Below, in pieces: positions 14,350 to 28,171 of a stretch of DNA of 64,000 nt (positions are counted from its first letter, which is position 1; the number at the start of each line of letters is the position of its first letter). A model generated the notes under the pieces. That model searched no databases. It saw only the letters and a list, made by a program, of their open reading frames with translations, and was not told the origin of the DNA. The stretch comes from Eledone cirrhosa. Lineage: Eukaryota. The position numbers and the translations under genes were made by a program. The DNA lies in contig OZ024746.1 of assembly GCA_964016885.1 (NCBI GenBank), positions 99,820,001 through 99,884,000 of the forward strand, given 5' to 3'.

Positions 14350-17300
14350 GAGTGCAGTTCATCATAGTTCAATCATAGTGTACATAGTGCAGTTTATCAT
14401 GGTTCAATCATAGTCTACATAGTGCAGTGTATCATAGTTCAATCATAGTGTACATAGTGCAGTTTACCATAGTTCAATCATAGTGTACATAGTGCAGTTT
14501 ATTATAGTTCAATCATAGTGAACATAGTGAAGTTTATCTTAGTTCAATCATAGTGTACATAGTGCAGTTTATCATAGTTCAATCATAATGTACATAGTGC
14601 AGTGTATCATAGTTCAATCATAGTGTACATAGTGCAGTGTATCATAGTTCAATCATAGTGTACATAGTGCAGTTTATCTTAGTTCAATCATAGTGTACAT
14701 AGTGCAGTTTATCTTAGTTCAATCATAGTGTACATAGTGCAGTTTATCATAGTTCAATCATAGTGTACATAGTGCAGTTTATCTTAGTTCAATCATAGTG
14801 TACATAGTGCAGTTTATCATAGTTCAATCATAGTGTACATAGTGCAGTTTATCTTAGTTCAATCATAGTGTACATAGTGCAGTTTATCTTAGTTCAATCA
14901 TAGTGTACATAGTGCAGTTTATCATAGTTCAATCATAGTGTACATAGTGCAGTTTATCTTAGTTCAATCATAGTGTACATAGTGCAGTTTATCATAGTTC
15001 AATCATAGTGTACATGGTGCAGATTATCTTAGTTCAATCATAGTGTACATAGTGCAGTTTATCTTAGTTCAATCATAGTGTACATAGTGCAGTTTATCAT
15101 AGTTCAATCATAGTGTACATAGTGCAGATTATCTTAGTTCAATCATAGTGTACATAGTGCAGTTTATCTTAGTTCAATCATAGTGTACATAGTGCAGTTT
15201 ATCATAGTTCAATCATAGTGTACATAGTGAAGTTTATCTTAGTTCAATCATAGTGTACATAGTGCAGTTTATCTTAGTTCAATCATAGTGTACATAGTGC
15301 AGTGTATCATAGTTCAATCATAGTGTACATAGTGCAGTTTATCATAGTTCAATCATAGTGTACATAGTGCAGTTTATCTTAGTTCAATCATAGTGTACAT
15401 AGTGCAGTTTATCATAGTTCAATCATAGTGTACATAGTGCAGATTATCTTAGTTCAATCCTAGTGTACATAGTGCAGTTTATCTTCGTTCAATCATAGTG
15501 TACATAGTGCAGTTTATCATAGTTAAATCATAGTGTACATAGTGCAGTTTATCATAGTTCAATCATAGTGTACATAGTGCAGTGTATCATAGTTCAATCA
15601 TAGTGTACATAGTGCAGTTTATCTTAGTTCAATCATAGTGTACATAGTGCAGTTTATCATAGTTCAATCATAGTGTACATAGTGCAGTTTATCATAGTTC
15701 AATCATAGTGTACATAGTGCAGTGTATCATAGTTCAATCATAGTGTACATAGTGCAGTTTATCATAGTTCAATCATAGTGTACATAGTGCAGTTAATCAT
15801 AGTTCAATCATAGTGTAAATAGTGCAGTTTATCATAGTTCAATCATAGTGTAAATAGTGCAGTTTATCTTAGTTCAATCATAGTGTACATAGTGCAGTGT
15901 ATCATAGTTCAATCATAGTGTACATAGTGCAGTGTATCATAGTTCAATCATAGTGTACATAGTGCAGTGTGTCATAGTTCAATCATAGTGTACATAGTGC
16001 AGTTTATCATAGTTCAATCACAGTTGACATAGTGCAGTGTATCATAGTTCAATCACAGTGTACATAGTGCAGTGTATCATAGTTCAATGATAGTGTACAT
16101 ACTGCAGTTTATCATAGTTCAATCACAGTTGACATAGTGCAGTGTATCATAGTTCAATCATAGTGTACATAGTGCAGTGTATCATAGTTCAATCATAGTG
16201 TACATAGTGCAGTGTATCATAGTTCAATCATAGTGTACATAGTGCAGTGTATCATAGTTCAATCATAGTGTACATAGTGCAGTGTCTCATAGTTCAATCA
16301 CAGTGTATATAGTGCAGTGTCTCATAGTTCAATCACAGTTGACATAGTGCAGTGTATCATAGTTCAATCATAGTGTACATAGTGCAGTGTATCATAGTTC
16401 AATGATAGTTTACATAGTGTAGTGTCTCATAGTTCAATCACAGTCTACATAGTGCAGTGTATCATAGTTCAATCATAGTGTACATAGTGCAGTTTATCAT
16501 AGTTCAATCATAGTGTACATAGTGCAGTGTATCATAGTTCAATCATAGTGTACATAGTGCAGTTTATCATAGTTCAATCATAGTGTACATAGTGCAGTGT
16601 ATCATAGTTCAATCATAGTGTACATAGTGCAGTGTATCATAGTTCAATGATAGTGTACATAGTGCAGTGTATCATAGTTCAATGATAGTGTACATAATGC
16701 AGTGTATCATAGTTCAATCATAGTGTACATAGTGCAGTGTATCATAGTTCAATGATAGTTTACATAGTGTAGTGTCTCATAGTTCAATCACAGTCTACAT
16801 AGTGCAGTGTATCATAGTTCAATCATAGTGTACATAGTGCAGTGTATCATAGTTCAATCATAGTGTACATAGTGCAGTGTATCATAGTTCAATGATAGTT
16901 TACATAGTGTAGTGTCTCATAGTTCAATCACAGTCTACATAGTGCAGTGTATCATAGTTCAATCATAGTGTACATAGTGCAGTTTATCATAGTTCAATCA
17001 TAGTGTACATAGTGCAGTGTATCATAGTTCAATCATAGTGTACATAGTGCAGTTTATCATAGTTCAATCATAGTGTACATAGTGCAGTGTATCATAGTTC
17101 AATCATAGTGTACACAGTGCAGCGTATCATAGTTCAATCATAGTGTACATAGTGCAGTGTCTCATAGTTCAATCACAGTCTACATAGTGCAGTGTATCAT
17201 AGTTCAATCATAGTGTACATAGTGCAGTGTATCATAGTTCAATCATAGTGTACATAGTGCAGTGTATCATAGTTCAATGATAGTTTACATAGTGTAGTGT

Positions 17301-17562
17301 CTCATAGTTCAATCACAGTCTACATAGTGCAGTGTATCATAGTTCAATCATAGTGTACATAGTGCAGTTTATCATAGTTCAATCATAGTGTACATAGTGC
17401 AGTGTATCATAGTTCAATCATAGTGTACATAGTGCAGTTTATCATAGTTCAATCATAGTGTACATAGTGCAGTGTATCATAGTTCAATCATAGTGTACAC
17501 AGTGCAGCGTATCATAGTTCAATCATAGTGTACATAGTGCAGTGTCTCATAGTTCAATCACA
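14350..17562. repeat. 35-bp minisatellite, about 90 copies
   Basis: Unit atcatagttcaatcatagtgtacatagtgcagt(t/g)t, built from three CATAGT subrepeats. Confidence 0.97.
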
Positions 17563-18599
17563 TTAGTCACACTAACAACTGTTAAAGTCTTTACTTTTTT
17601 AATGTAAGGAAAAGCATAAGAAATTTATTTCAATTTCTGCATACTTTGAATAGTGTCCGCGTCCGCCGCCACCACCAGCACCTTCTTCTTCACTCACTTA
17701 TTTGTGAGAGGGTCGTGAGGGCAGAGCCCTCAAACACTCCTTCCTGCAGGTCCTGTCAGAATCGTCTCCAACTGATCCAGCTGGATCCCCAAACGAGACG
17801 GCCAGGCTCATGGATGTTATTCAACCATTTAGCTCAGTGTCTGCCTCTGGGTCTCCTACCAGTTGGTTTGGAGCATAGGGTCGATAGTCAGCTTCTTGCA
17901 GCCCTGATGTCTCTACACAAATACCCAAGTATTTGTGTTCAGATAAATGGTACTAAATCGAAACCATTGAATGTGGGAGTCGGACTTTGCCAAGGGTGCA
18001 TACTGACACCTCCCCTATTCATTATTTTCATGAACAGGATTCACAAGCGCAGCCAGTCTGGAAGTGGTATCATGATTGGAGAATGTAAAATTAGTCAGCT
18101 GGAATTTGCAGATGTTACTTAACTCGACAGAAGGTGATCTTCAACTTGCACTTGATGGGGCATCATCATCAATAATGAAAATATTAAGATAAATTATATA
18201 TTGCAGAAAATGCAAACTTCAATGGCGATGCCCCACTATGGGACATCACCATTGAAGTTTGTAGTATCTTCAAAAATAGTATTATCTTGTAGTATCTTGA
18301 AAAATAGATTTTTAAATTAATATTATCTTTCCCTTTTCCACATCTATTTGGCTGTTCTTAACTAAACAAAATTCTGAGAAAATAGCAAAGGAAATCTAAG
18401 ATTGAAACATGACCTTTGCTTTCACTAAGCTGAGCTAAATTCCTTCAACAATTTCAAAGTTATTAGCAGCCTAGCGGTATTAGTGTTAATATACTGTTTT
18501 AACATCATAAACTGAAACCTGCAGGAACTACAAAAGATAGGCATGAAGATGAGATAACTACTGACACCTGAGAAAATGAGCTGATGTATATAGATTGTA

Positions 18600-19215
18600 T
18601 ATCTGAAGGAGTGATGTGGATGAGGGCTCCTACAGCTGGAAGCTGTATACAAATCACCAACAATTGGATTGGATAGGATACCTACCTCCACTCTGCAACA
18701 AGGTGAACTTCTCAAGCCTGTATTCAAGCCTGTATTAAAAAACTACACTCAATAGCAAAAGAGGCAAGTAAATTTAGACAAAAACTGAACATGGAACAAG
18801 GCATACCCATATAAGATCAATACCAGAGTGCTGCACAGCTACCTAAGATTATGAAGATCTAAGCAAAGAAACTCTAAACAGAGGAAGTAAACCATGAATG
18901 GAAGGTGAAACGACTATATGGTAGATTCCCAGGAGGACTTTCTGACAATGATATCGATCAGCATGGCTCAGTAGCTTGGCTCAGAAGTGTTGGTTTGAAA
19001 GCAGAGACTGGGGGACTCTTAGTTGCTACACAAGACCAATCTCTAAACACTTGGGCCTATAGATACAGAATAGTGAAGGATGGGACTAGCCCTCTATGCA
19101 GAATATGCTACAAATATTAAGAAATGGTAGATCATGTTATCACCGGGTATCCAGAGCTGACAAAAACTGACTATATTGAAAGACACAACCGCATTGCCAA
19201 CTATGTGCACTGAAT
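18600..19215 (+). mobile_element. Fragment of an RLE-type (R4/Dong/NeSL-like) non-LTR retrotransposon
   Basis: WL...GLKAETGGLLVATQDQSLNT...CRIC...DHV...Y..RHN zinc-knuckle region with stops. Confidence 0.7.
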
Positions 19216-19283
19216 CTTTCACCATTATATTGTATCTTTAACATCAATATGTCTGAGATTACAGGAATAAACCATAATGATAA

Positions 19284-19542
19284 TCTATATGATAATAAGA
19301 GTACTGTCCATCTGTCCATCCAACAGTCAAACTCCCTTTATAGAGAGAGGGGGAGTGCCAAGCGAGAGATATGTACATAGATAGAGAGAGAAAAGGGAAC
19401 ACCGTGTGTTTTCAAGATGACAGAAAGAGGTAGATAGATAGAAAGTTATGGTGTTGCCCTCATCTATATAAAGAGAATGCCAAGCAAGAGATATGTACAG
19501 AGATAGAGAGAGAAAAGGAACATCATTGGTTTAGAGAGAGCA

Positions 19543-19577
<35 letters not shown>

Positions 19578-19581
19578 GAGA

Positions 19582-19629
<48 letters not shown>

Positions 19630-19662
19630 CAGAAAGAGGGAAAAAATGTCACCATCATCTAG
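19284..19662 (+). mobile_element. Non-autonomous Helitron-like element
   Basis: A|TCTATAT...CATCTAG|T termini, internal (GA)n, homologous to 56666-57002. Confidence 0.65.
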
Positions 19663-20060
19663 TAATCTTCTTGTGACGCTAAACTCCGCCAGTTGCAGAC
19701 TTTGCATCGACATGTGATATCTCTCTCCACAAAGTTCGATCACCAGCAGCAGAGTTTAAAGAGCAAAGATCAAGACCAGTCCATAAGTTGACATTATCAA
19801 GCCATCGTTTGGGCTGCCGACCTCTGCTTCTCATACCAGCCAAACTTCCTTCCAGGCATAACCTACTCACACCACGAGTTGATCTTTTTATATGGCCGTA
19901 TAGTTTAAGTACTCTTGACTTGACAATTGATGTAATTGGTCTAAGTTTGGTAATGTTGAGCAGCTCACTGATACAGATACGGTCGCTGAGCCGCTTGCCA
20001 TAAGTCTCATGTGATGTGGTTCTGGAATGTAGAGAGCTTCTGAAGTGACCTTGTCGTCCA
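19663..20060 (-). mobile_element. RTE-like LINE 3' fragment
   Basis: LKLYGHIKR...LEGSLAGMRSRGRQPKRWLDNV peptide. Confidence 0.7.
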
Positions 20061-20342
20061 GTTAACACAGTCAAGACCATAATAATAATGATTTCTAGTA
20101 TAGGCACAAGCCCAGTAATTTGAAGGGGAGGGGAAAGTTGATTAAATCGACCCCAGTGCATTACTGGTACTTTATTTTATCGACCTCCTAAGGATGAAAG
20201 GCATAGTTAAATTCGGCGGGATTTGAACTCAGACCGTAAAGGGCCGTAACTCTATACTGCAAAGCATGTTGTCCGACGCTCTATCGATACAGCCATATAC
20301 CATATATTTTCGAATTACATTTTATATATAAACCATACAAAC

Positions 20343-20543
20343 CTTGGTCAAACTGTAAGTGATGGCGTGCTTCTGTGGGTATAATTGTGTATTTGCGTGC
20401 AACATTCATATTCATTAGCGCTGAACCCCTGAAAAGACTGAAACATCCGGGGCTGCATAAAACACAGCCTAATATATGTTCTGTTGCTTTTTGATACCAG
20501 TGACCTATGGCATACTCAAAAATTTGAAACCATATCATAGGAC
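20343..20543 (-). CDS. chs: Chitin synthase exon (GPMIWFQIFEYAIGHWYQKATEHILGCVLCSPGCFSLFRGSAL...QFDQG)
   Basis: tgtag|GT acceptor, G|gtttgt donor. Q.FEY and CSPGCFSLFR motifs. Confidence 0.97.
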
Positions 20544-20569
20544 CTACAAAATAGAATTATTCAAATGAA

Positions 20570-21165
20570 TTGAGAGAGAGACTGAGCATAAGAGGAATCA
20601 AATGCTGTGTGCAGGAGAGGAGGTTGCGCTGGTATGGACATGTGATGCGTATGAAGATGACAGCTGCATAAAAAGGTGCAGAGCACTAGAAGTTGATGGA
20701 AACCGCGGAGTGGGGAGACCCAAGATGACCTGGGATGAGGTGATAAAAGCCGACCTTACCCAATTACACCTCTCAAAGACAATGACACACGACCGTGACT
20801 TCTGGCGTCACGCAGTAATACAGAGTACCCGACCTCCCATGGGTACAAGCTGAAGCATATAGACAATATGCACCCCCCCCACCCACCCCACCGCAAGGTG
20901 GTCGTGGAGGTGCCACGGCAAAAAAGCACCCAGCCCACACTGTAAAGTGGACGTGTAGGCGCCACGAAAAAGCACCCAGCACTCACTGTAAATGAGGTTG
21001 GTGTTAGGAAGGGCATCCAGCTGTAGAAATCAAGCAAAATCAGTTCCTGTATGAGCAAGGCATGGTCAGCCGACCAGACACTGCCCACAACAGGACAACC
21101 CGTCTAACCCATGCTAGCGTGGAAGAACGGACGTAAAACGGTGATGATGATGATGATGATGATGT
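20570..21165 (+). mobile_element. 3' fragment of a related RTE LINE, starting within ~30 bp of a CHS splice acceptor
   Basis: DDSCIKRCRALEVDG.RGVGRPKMTW peptide, shared 3' UTR, (GAT)n tail. Confidence 0.85.
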
Positions 21166-21284
21166 ATATTGTCCAACCCTTGCTAGCAGGGATAGCGGGT
21201 GGTAAAATGACAATAATAATAATAATAATAATTGTTTCTACTTTAGGCACAAGACCAGCAATTACCCAGTGCATTACTGGTACT

Positions 21285-22421
21285 TTTAATAATAATGGTT
21301 TCTTTATTGGCCACAAGGGCTGACACGAAGAAAAATATCAGAGATGGCACAGAACAGTACAGGACAGTACAGGACGATACAAAGTGGGTTTTGGTCATGT
21401 AAACAGGTTATAACAAAATTGGGCTAGAAATCATAAGAATTCAAACAAAAATTACCCAAGAAGGGGGAAACCTCCGAGGGTCACTCGTGATGAAAACCAC
21501 ACAAAAGACCACGGCCACTCTGGCCACCAGGGCAAGAGCCCTCTCACTTTTCCTACTCCTCAGTCTACAGGCGTATACTCAGAGTGGCCCGTTCACTCAG
21601 ACCAGACTTGCCACTTTCACCCACCTTTCAACAAACTTACTAGAAGACAGCACTTCCTTCTCCACCCTGATTTTCCTCTTCAAGTGAAACTTGAAAAAGT
21701 TAATCAGGGATTGGCCAAAGAGGAAAGTGTCAACCCTTTCAACCTTGTCCACCACACAATCTCTTTAGCCATGGCCACCAGGCAGATGAAAACTGCCTGC
21801 CCTTCCTCCTCTTTAAAGGAGGATGGCGGGGCTATCTGCACAATCGACTCAGTCGATCCGTCCTACATGCAACAGGAGCTGTTCGACATAGCTCCCCAAG
21901 TCAGCAATCCTCGGGCACTGAACAACTGCGTACAGGACGGTTTCGTTGCCCTACGTGCATCTCGGACAGGCACGGCTGACAGCATCTCTGTGCCTGTAGA
22001 GCTTATCCCGAACCAGCAACGCTCCCCGGTAGCACTGCCAGGCCAGGGATTTCTGGAAGTTGTCCATAGGCTCCAGTCTGAAAGTTCTCTTGAAGAGAGC
22101 GAATAGCTGATCGTCTTCGACGCCTAGGGTCTCTCCGAGAAATTTGTCATTCTTTCCCTCCACTAGCCCTCTATAGAACGCCGAGGTGGATGTTCCATCG
22201 AAATGTGCCCAGCTGGTAGAGGGTGGTGAGCACTTGGAGACATTCCAGCTTCCAAGCGCTATCCTTCAGTCTTTTCCTGATCCAGGACTGCAGCTCCGTC
22301 AAGGATATTGAACTGGGAAAAGCGCGTCTGGCAAACGGTGACCACAACTGTTCACTGTCAAGGAAGCACTAGAGATGTTGCAGCCTCAGCGCATGTTTGC
22401 GCATCATCAGCCACGGCATAC
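21285..22421 (-). mobile_element. Degraded L1/Tx1 3' fragment related to 45720-47127
   Basis: Shared MDNFQKSLAWQCYRG..VRDKLYRH...CPRC peptide and similar 3' end. Confidence 0.85.
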
Positions 22422-25139
22422 CTAGTCCTCCACGCAATGGGTGTTGACAGAAAATGGATCTTCTGACCTGAGAAGCTGGGTAACCCTGATCCTCACCAGC
22501 CTCTGACTACAATAGCTTGGGACGAGTGTGAACTTGTCACTTTTTAATGGGGCAATGGAGTGCTCTCTGGCTTCATGTTGGGTTCCAAAGAACACGTTCA
22601 CGGTTCCATATTTTTGCCCACGTCTGATGTGGGTTTTTTGAGCCCACACATGTCCCAAAGTTTTTTGTATCTGGGACTTGGATGCCCGTTCCTCTCGGCG
22701 CATTTTAATATTTATCGTCCGATATGACACAGTGCATAGGCGCCAAAAGCTCCATGGTATTAGATGGTGTGTGTGTGAGGGGGGAGGTGAGGCTGACCCT
22801 GTAACCATATTTTTTTACCATTCGCTTGGCTTCATTCAATTCTTCCTGGCTTACTTCAACCGTTTCATTTTTGTTGGCCGCTTTAGCAAACGATACATTT
22901 GGATTTGCGGTGGTGTTGATGTTGTTGTTGTTATTCTTATTGTTGCTGTTGTTGTTGTTGTTGTTATTATTATTTTTAGTTTCAGTTGTGGTGGGCGTAG
23001 TGGTGGAGTCAGTGGCGGTCGGCATGGAAGAGTCGATTTTCGGAGAATCCATTTCGATATCACATGAAAATAATTTATTTTTAGTTTCAGTTGTTGCTGT
23101 GGTGGTGGTAGTGGTATCAGTGGTGTTGGTTCTTCTTTTTGACATTGTGGTGGTGGGGATGGTGGCTTTAACACCTGTAGACATTGGTAATGGCAGGAAA
23201 TCCATGTCTGTATGTGACAAATCTAATTAATTGCCATTGCTATTACTTATATTTTCAGTGTTGGGTTTTTCTTTTCTGTCTGTATTTTGGTTGTCGCTGT
23301 TATTGTTGTAGTTGGTGTGGTAATTTTTTTTAATTAGTGTTCTCAGTGTTGTTGTCTTTATTCATGTTGTTTGTGGTGGTGTTTGTTGTATCAATTTTTG
23401 TAACCCTCCTTTCAACTTTTACGCCGTTGTCACATGACAGCAGACATATTGCTGGGGGGGGGGGGGGCTCAGCCATGTTTTTTTGTTTTTTTTTAAAGTA
23501 AAATATTTAAATATTTTTCAAATAGTTGGGCCAAAAGGACCAAATATTATACTTCCCCTTCACAGGGCAAAGACCAAGGGCTTATATCCCTTATACAACA
23601 AGAAAAATTAAACAACAAATAATTATAACAGGTAAATAAAGCGACTTACTGGGAGCGAGCAAAAAGATGTCCGAACAGACCAATAATAATAATAATAATG
23701 ATGATGGTGATATGATGGTGGTGGTGGTGGTGAGGGTGGTGGTGGTGGTGGTGGTTTGGCTGACTGTGGATGGATGGATGGATGTTCACAATCTCTTATC
23801 CGCAAACCTTGGGACCAGGCACTTTTGGGGTTTTGGAATGGAAGATTTTTAGCAGGGGACAAAATGGCTCAGCAGAGGTGACGTGTGTCTGACTGGTAGG
23901 AGCACTGAGACACAACTGCATGACCTGGATTGACTGTGGGTTGTTTTGGGTCAAGTTTGGTGCTAAACGCGAGCTTTGGTGTGCAGATAACATCATGGAA
24001 AAAAAATGTTTGGTTTTCAGAATTTCGGATAAAAGATTGTGAACCTGTATATATATATATCAGCATCATAACCATTTCCCATGCTTGCATGAGTCACAAA
24101 CACATATAAACACACATATATACATATATATAACACATGCATTTCTTAATGACTTAGTGATTGTCTATATGTATATATATTAAATATATACAAAATATTC
24201 ATAGAGTTTGATAATTGTTATATATATCATTATCATCATCACTGTTTTAAATCCATTTTCCCCACAAGCATGGGCTGGATATGTTGTCACATTCCGAGAA
24301 AATCATGTTGTGTTCATGGCATGGTTTCTACGGCTGGATGCCCTTCTTAACATTAAATTCTCTCAGGACTTCAATAATCGCCCCCTCCCTTGGTAGCTTC
24401 CTTCCACTGGGAGCTCCTGATACTTTTTAACCCAACAACTATCGACCATATGCATCACATGGCTATATCAGCACAGTCTTCTCTTTTGCGCACAGCATCT
24501 GATATCTTTTATACTCAATTTCTCTCTCAACTTATTCATACTTTGCTGTTCATGTACATTAACATCACGCATCCATTGAAGGATTCTCGCTTCATTTCTC
24601 TCCTCACACATCCTCTGCATTTACTGCTTATGTTTCATTTCCCTTAAGTCCTATGATAGTACCCCCATTTTAAATCTCTTGAATTATTCAGTTCTGTAAA
24701 TCATGAGATCTGAGGCCTGGGTATTCTTGTATGGTTTATATTCAAAATAAAAGTATTTATACTCCTCACTTATTGCTGAAAGGGTCATGAGGGCAGAGTC
24801 CTTAAAGAACTCCTTCCAGTGGGTCTTGTCAGAAGCAACCATTTCCTCTTTTGGGTCTCAGGATATGCAATCTTTGTGCATCTATCCCACACCACCCAGG
24901 ACAGGTCACAGGCCCATAGCTAGTTTTTAAGACATAAAATAGGGACTGCAATATATTTTTCGGACAGGCCCTTATATTTACTCTACATTAGAGGTTCACA
25001 AAGTGGGCGCTACCGCCACTGCCCCCCACCCCCACCTCCGGGGCAGCATTGAGAAAATACCTGGGTAGAGGTGATGAAAACAAAGCTCAGAATGGTGAAC
25101 TTGACAGAGGAGCTGCCATAAATGAGAAGAAAATGTGGG

Positions 25140-25297
25140 AAAGAGCAAGGACTATAGGGGAAGGGCAAAGACTATAGGGGAAGGGCAAAGACTATAGGGG
25201 AAGGGCAAGGACTATAGGGGAAGGGCAAGGACTATAGGGGAAGGGCAAAGACTATAGGGGAAGGGCAAGGACTATAGGGGAAGGGCAAAGACTATGA
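25140..25297. repeat. 20-bp purine-rich minisatellite, 7-8 copies
   Basis: Unit actataggggaagggcaa(a/g)g. Confidence 0.95.
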
Positions 25298-25534
25298 GGC
25301 AAGGAAGAAAGGGTGAAAAATTCTATACCTAGGTATGGGCAGTGTCTCGGCTGTGCCCTGCAGACAAAACTGCGAAGGCATTTCTGTGGACACACTGCAA
25401 CAGTTACCCCACATTGCAGGGTTCCTTCCAAAGACAGGCTGTTGACTTGCTAAATTATTTAAACCTCATTCTAGATGTTATGATTAAAACAGAAAAGAAA
25501 AGATAGAAGGTGTAGATAAAAAAAGAATTTGTAC

Positions 25535-25670
25535 CATTTCCCATTGGATGAATACGACCACAAGCAGCACCCAATTTTTCATCATTCTTCATAAGATCAA
25601 CTAGCTTTTCAACTGCATCAGGATAAAAATCGACATCACCATCAAGAGCCAAAATGAAGGTATTTTCAGC
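25535..25670 (-). CDS. chs: Chitin synthase exon (AENTFILALDGDVDF...LGAACGRIHPMG)
   Basis: ttcag|GCT acceptor, G|gtacaa donor. LDGD (DxD) and GAACGRIHP motifs. Confidence 0.97.
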
Positions 25671-27062
25671 CTGAAATAAATAGATTATATATATCTTTTC
25701 CTTTTAATGTTCTTTTTTACAAGAGATTTGATTACAAATTTTGCATCATTTAGTGAACACATGCATATTGTATTTATGCATTAATTTAATTTAAACCTAA
25801 TACTATCAAACATTTTTCATTGTACCACTACAACTTTATCACAGATAAATATATATCATTTTATTTCATATACTAGTTTTCTTATTTTCAGTTTAAGGAT
25901 AGCATGGTATGGTTCCAACTATTAAGGTTTGCTCCCTTCCAGACCCTCTTTGGGGTCTCAAGATACATGAACTTTGTTCATCCATCCTATGCCTCCCAGT
26001 ATTTGGTATTCATGCCAACCCTTACCAATGCTCATGAATCTTGGATAATAACCAAAAGAATGCGATCATGAATAGAAGCGGCAGAAATAGGGTTCCTCCA
26101 AAGGGTGTTTGGAGTAATATTACTCAATTGCCCAATTGCACCTCTCAAAGGTGATGACATAGGACCTCTGGTGTTACGCAGAAATACAGAAGACCCGACT
26201 TCTCATGGGTACAAGCCAAAGCTGAAGCATATAGACAATATGGTACCACCCCACTCCCACTGCAAAGTGGTCATGTAGGCACCATGACAAAAATCACCCA
26301 GTCCACACTGTAACGCAGTACAATCTGCTTCATGGTTGAGTGGTTGGCGACCAGACAGGCTCCCCCACAAAACCCTGGTCTGGTGAAGAAGGTAAGTGGA
26401 ATCCCAGAATCACAAAAAAATGAGCTGTTAAAAGGGTGGATGAACTTCTCAGTCAATGACCATTCCAACAATGGGTTAATTAGCCTGACCAACCCACAAA
26501 TGGTCAAGTGTGGTGGGTACAGCTACACCCCTGACATGAACAAAACCAAACAGAAGGTGGTAGAGTTCAATCAGGGAGGGGTTCCTCCAACAGGAACGAG
26601 AAGGCTCAGGATTGGATTGGAGAGCATCATCATGATCATCATCACCATTTTACATCCATTCTTCCACGCTAGTATGGGTTAGACAGGTTGTCCTGTTGTG
26701 GGCAGTGTCAGGTTGGGTGATTTTGGCTTGATTGCTAAAGCTGGATACCATTCCTAACACCAACCTCATTTACAGTGTCAGCTGGGTGCTTTTTTTGTCA
26801 TGACATCTCCACGACCACTTTACAGTGGGAGGGGGTGGGGCATATTGTCTATATGCTTCAGCTTTGGCTCGTACCCATGGCAAGTCGGGTCTTCTGTATT
26901 ACTGTGAAACGCCAGAGGTCTTGGTCCTAGAGCACCATATTAATATTATAAAAAATCAAACAAATTATTCTTGAAGAATTCTGCATTTGTAAACCCTCAA
27001 AGCCTAGCATGTAACAAACCATGAGAAGTGTCACAAAAGGAAAAAATATTTAATATTCTTAC

Positions 27063-27194
27063 CAGTGCATTCATTTCTTCATTTATCATTTTATCTAAAT
27101 CATCAATGCTGGTTTGAAAGCCTAGTTTCTCCATTAGCCTTTCATTCGCAAATTTTGGGAGCCTAAAGGCCAGCAAATAATACATATACATAAC
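27063..27194 (-). CDS. chs: Chitin synthase exon (VMYMYYLLAFRL...)
   Basis: ttcag|GTT acceptor, CTG|gtaaga donor. VMYMYYLL follows RWSQ as in other CHS. Confidence 0.95.
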
Positions 27195-28171
27195 CTGAAA
27201 TAGATATTAAAATCTCATATAAGCAATGAATTATACAAAATAATATTGGTTTCTGAGTTAGGCATAAGGCCAACATTTTGGGGAAGAGAAAAGTTGATTA
27301 AAATGACCTAAGTGAATTACTGGTACTTTATTTTATAGACCGCATAAGGATGAAAGGCAAAGCTAACCTTGGCAGGATCTGAACTCAGAATGTAAAGGGA
27401 CATAACTCTATGCCATAAAGCCTGTTTTCTGATGCTCCACCGATATTGAAAATAATATTAATACAATATATAAGTAATTCATTTAAAAGAGCAAACTAAT
27501 TGACAGTCAGTCACATACATACACACATGGCGGCTGCCAACTCGCTCTTGAGCACAGCCACTACTTTACATCCATGTAGGAGAACCCCCACCGATGCGTT
27601 GAACGTGTGTGACCCCTTAGTCCAGCCAGCAACTCGAAAACCCTGGCACAAACACTACACTTGTGACAATTATTGACACATAGTGCTGGGCCCATGGTAC
27701 CATGTGACGACAAGTGCAGAGAGATCTCCAGATATAAAGCAATGCCTGTGCCGTGAAGCTTTTATAGTGAGCAAAGGCACTGCACAAAGCCAGTCCCACT
27801 CTCTTACCCAAGATGATATTTACCAAAAAGAAGAACAAGTCAACATCATTGGATACCATCAGGGTTGCAGGTGTTATATCAGAGTTTTCCTTCTCCTAGA
27901 ATTCTGCCTTGACAAAGGCTAAGGGGTCATCTCTCCCGGTGATTTTGGATGGCCATTGACTCTTAAGAGCTTTTTGCCCTTTGACAGGTTTTGTTTTTAG
28001 TCCTGCAGGATGTCCAAAGTCACCCTCCTCACCAAGAAACCTTGGTGGGATTGCCAGTTTAGTCGCCAACGACCCGACCATAAGACAGGTTGTACTGGGA
28101 TACATGTTACCAGTAGCACCAACTGGTGACCTGACATACACACATACACACATACATACACACATACATAA

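Noticed and set aside
14350-17562. CRISPR-like appearance of regular arrays (also at 47, 52, 58 and 61 kb)
   Set aside because: No unique spacers, no cas genes, eukaryotic intron context; these are contiguous tandem repeats.
28040-28135. Possible HDV-like or twister ribozyme on the minus strand (ggtcgttggcgactaaactgg)
   Set aside because: A P4 hairpin, CUAA and a P2-like pairing are visible, but I could not build P1/P3 consistently across copies; needs a covariance-model search.
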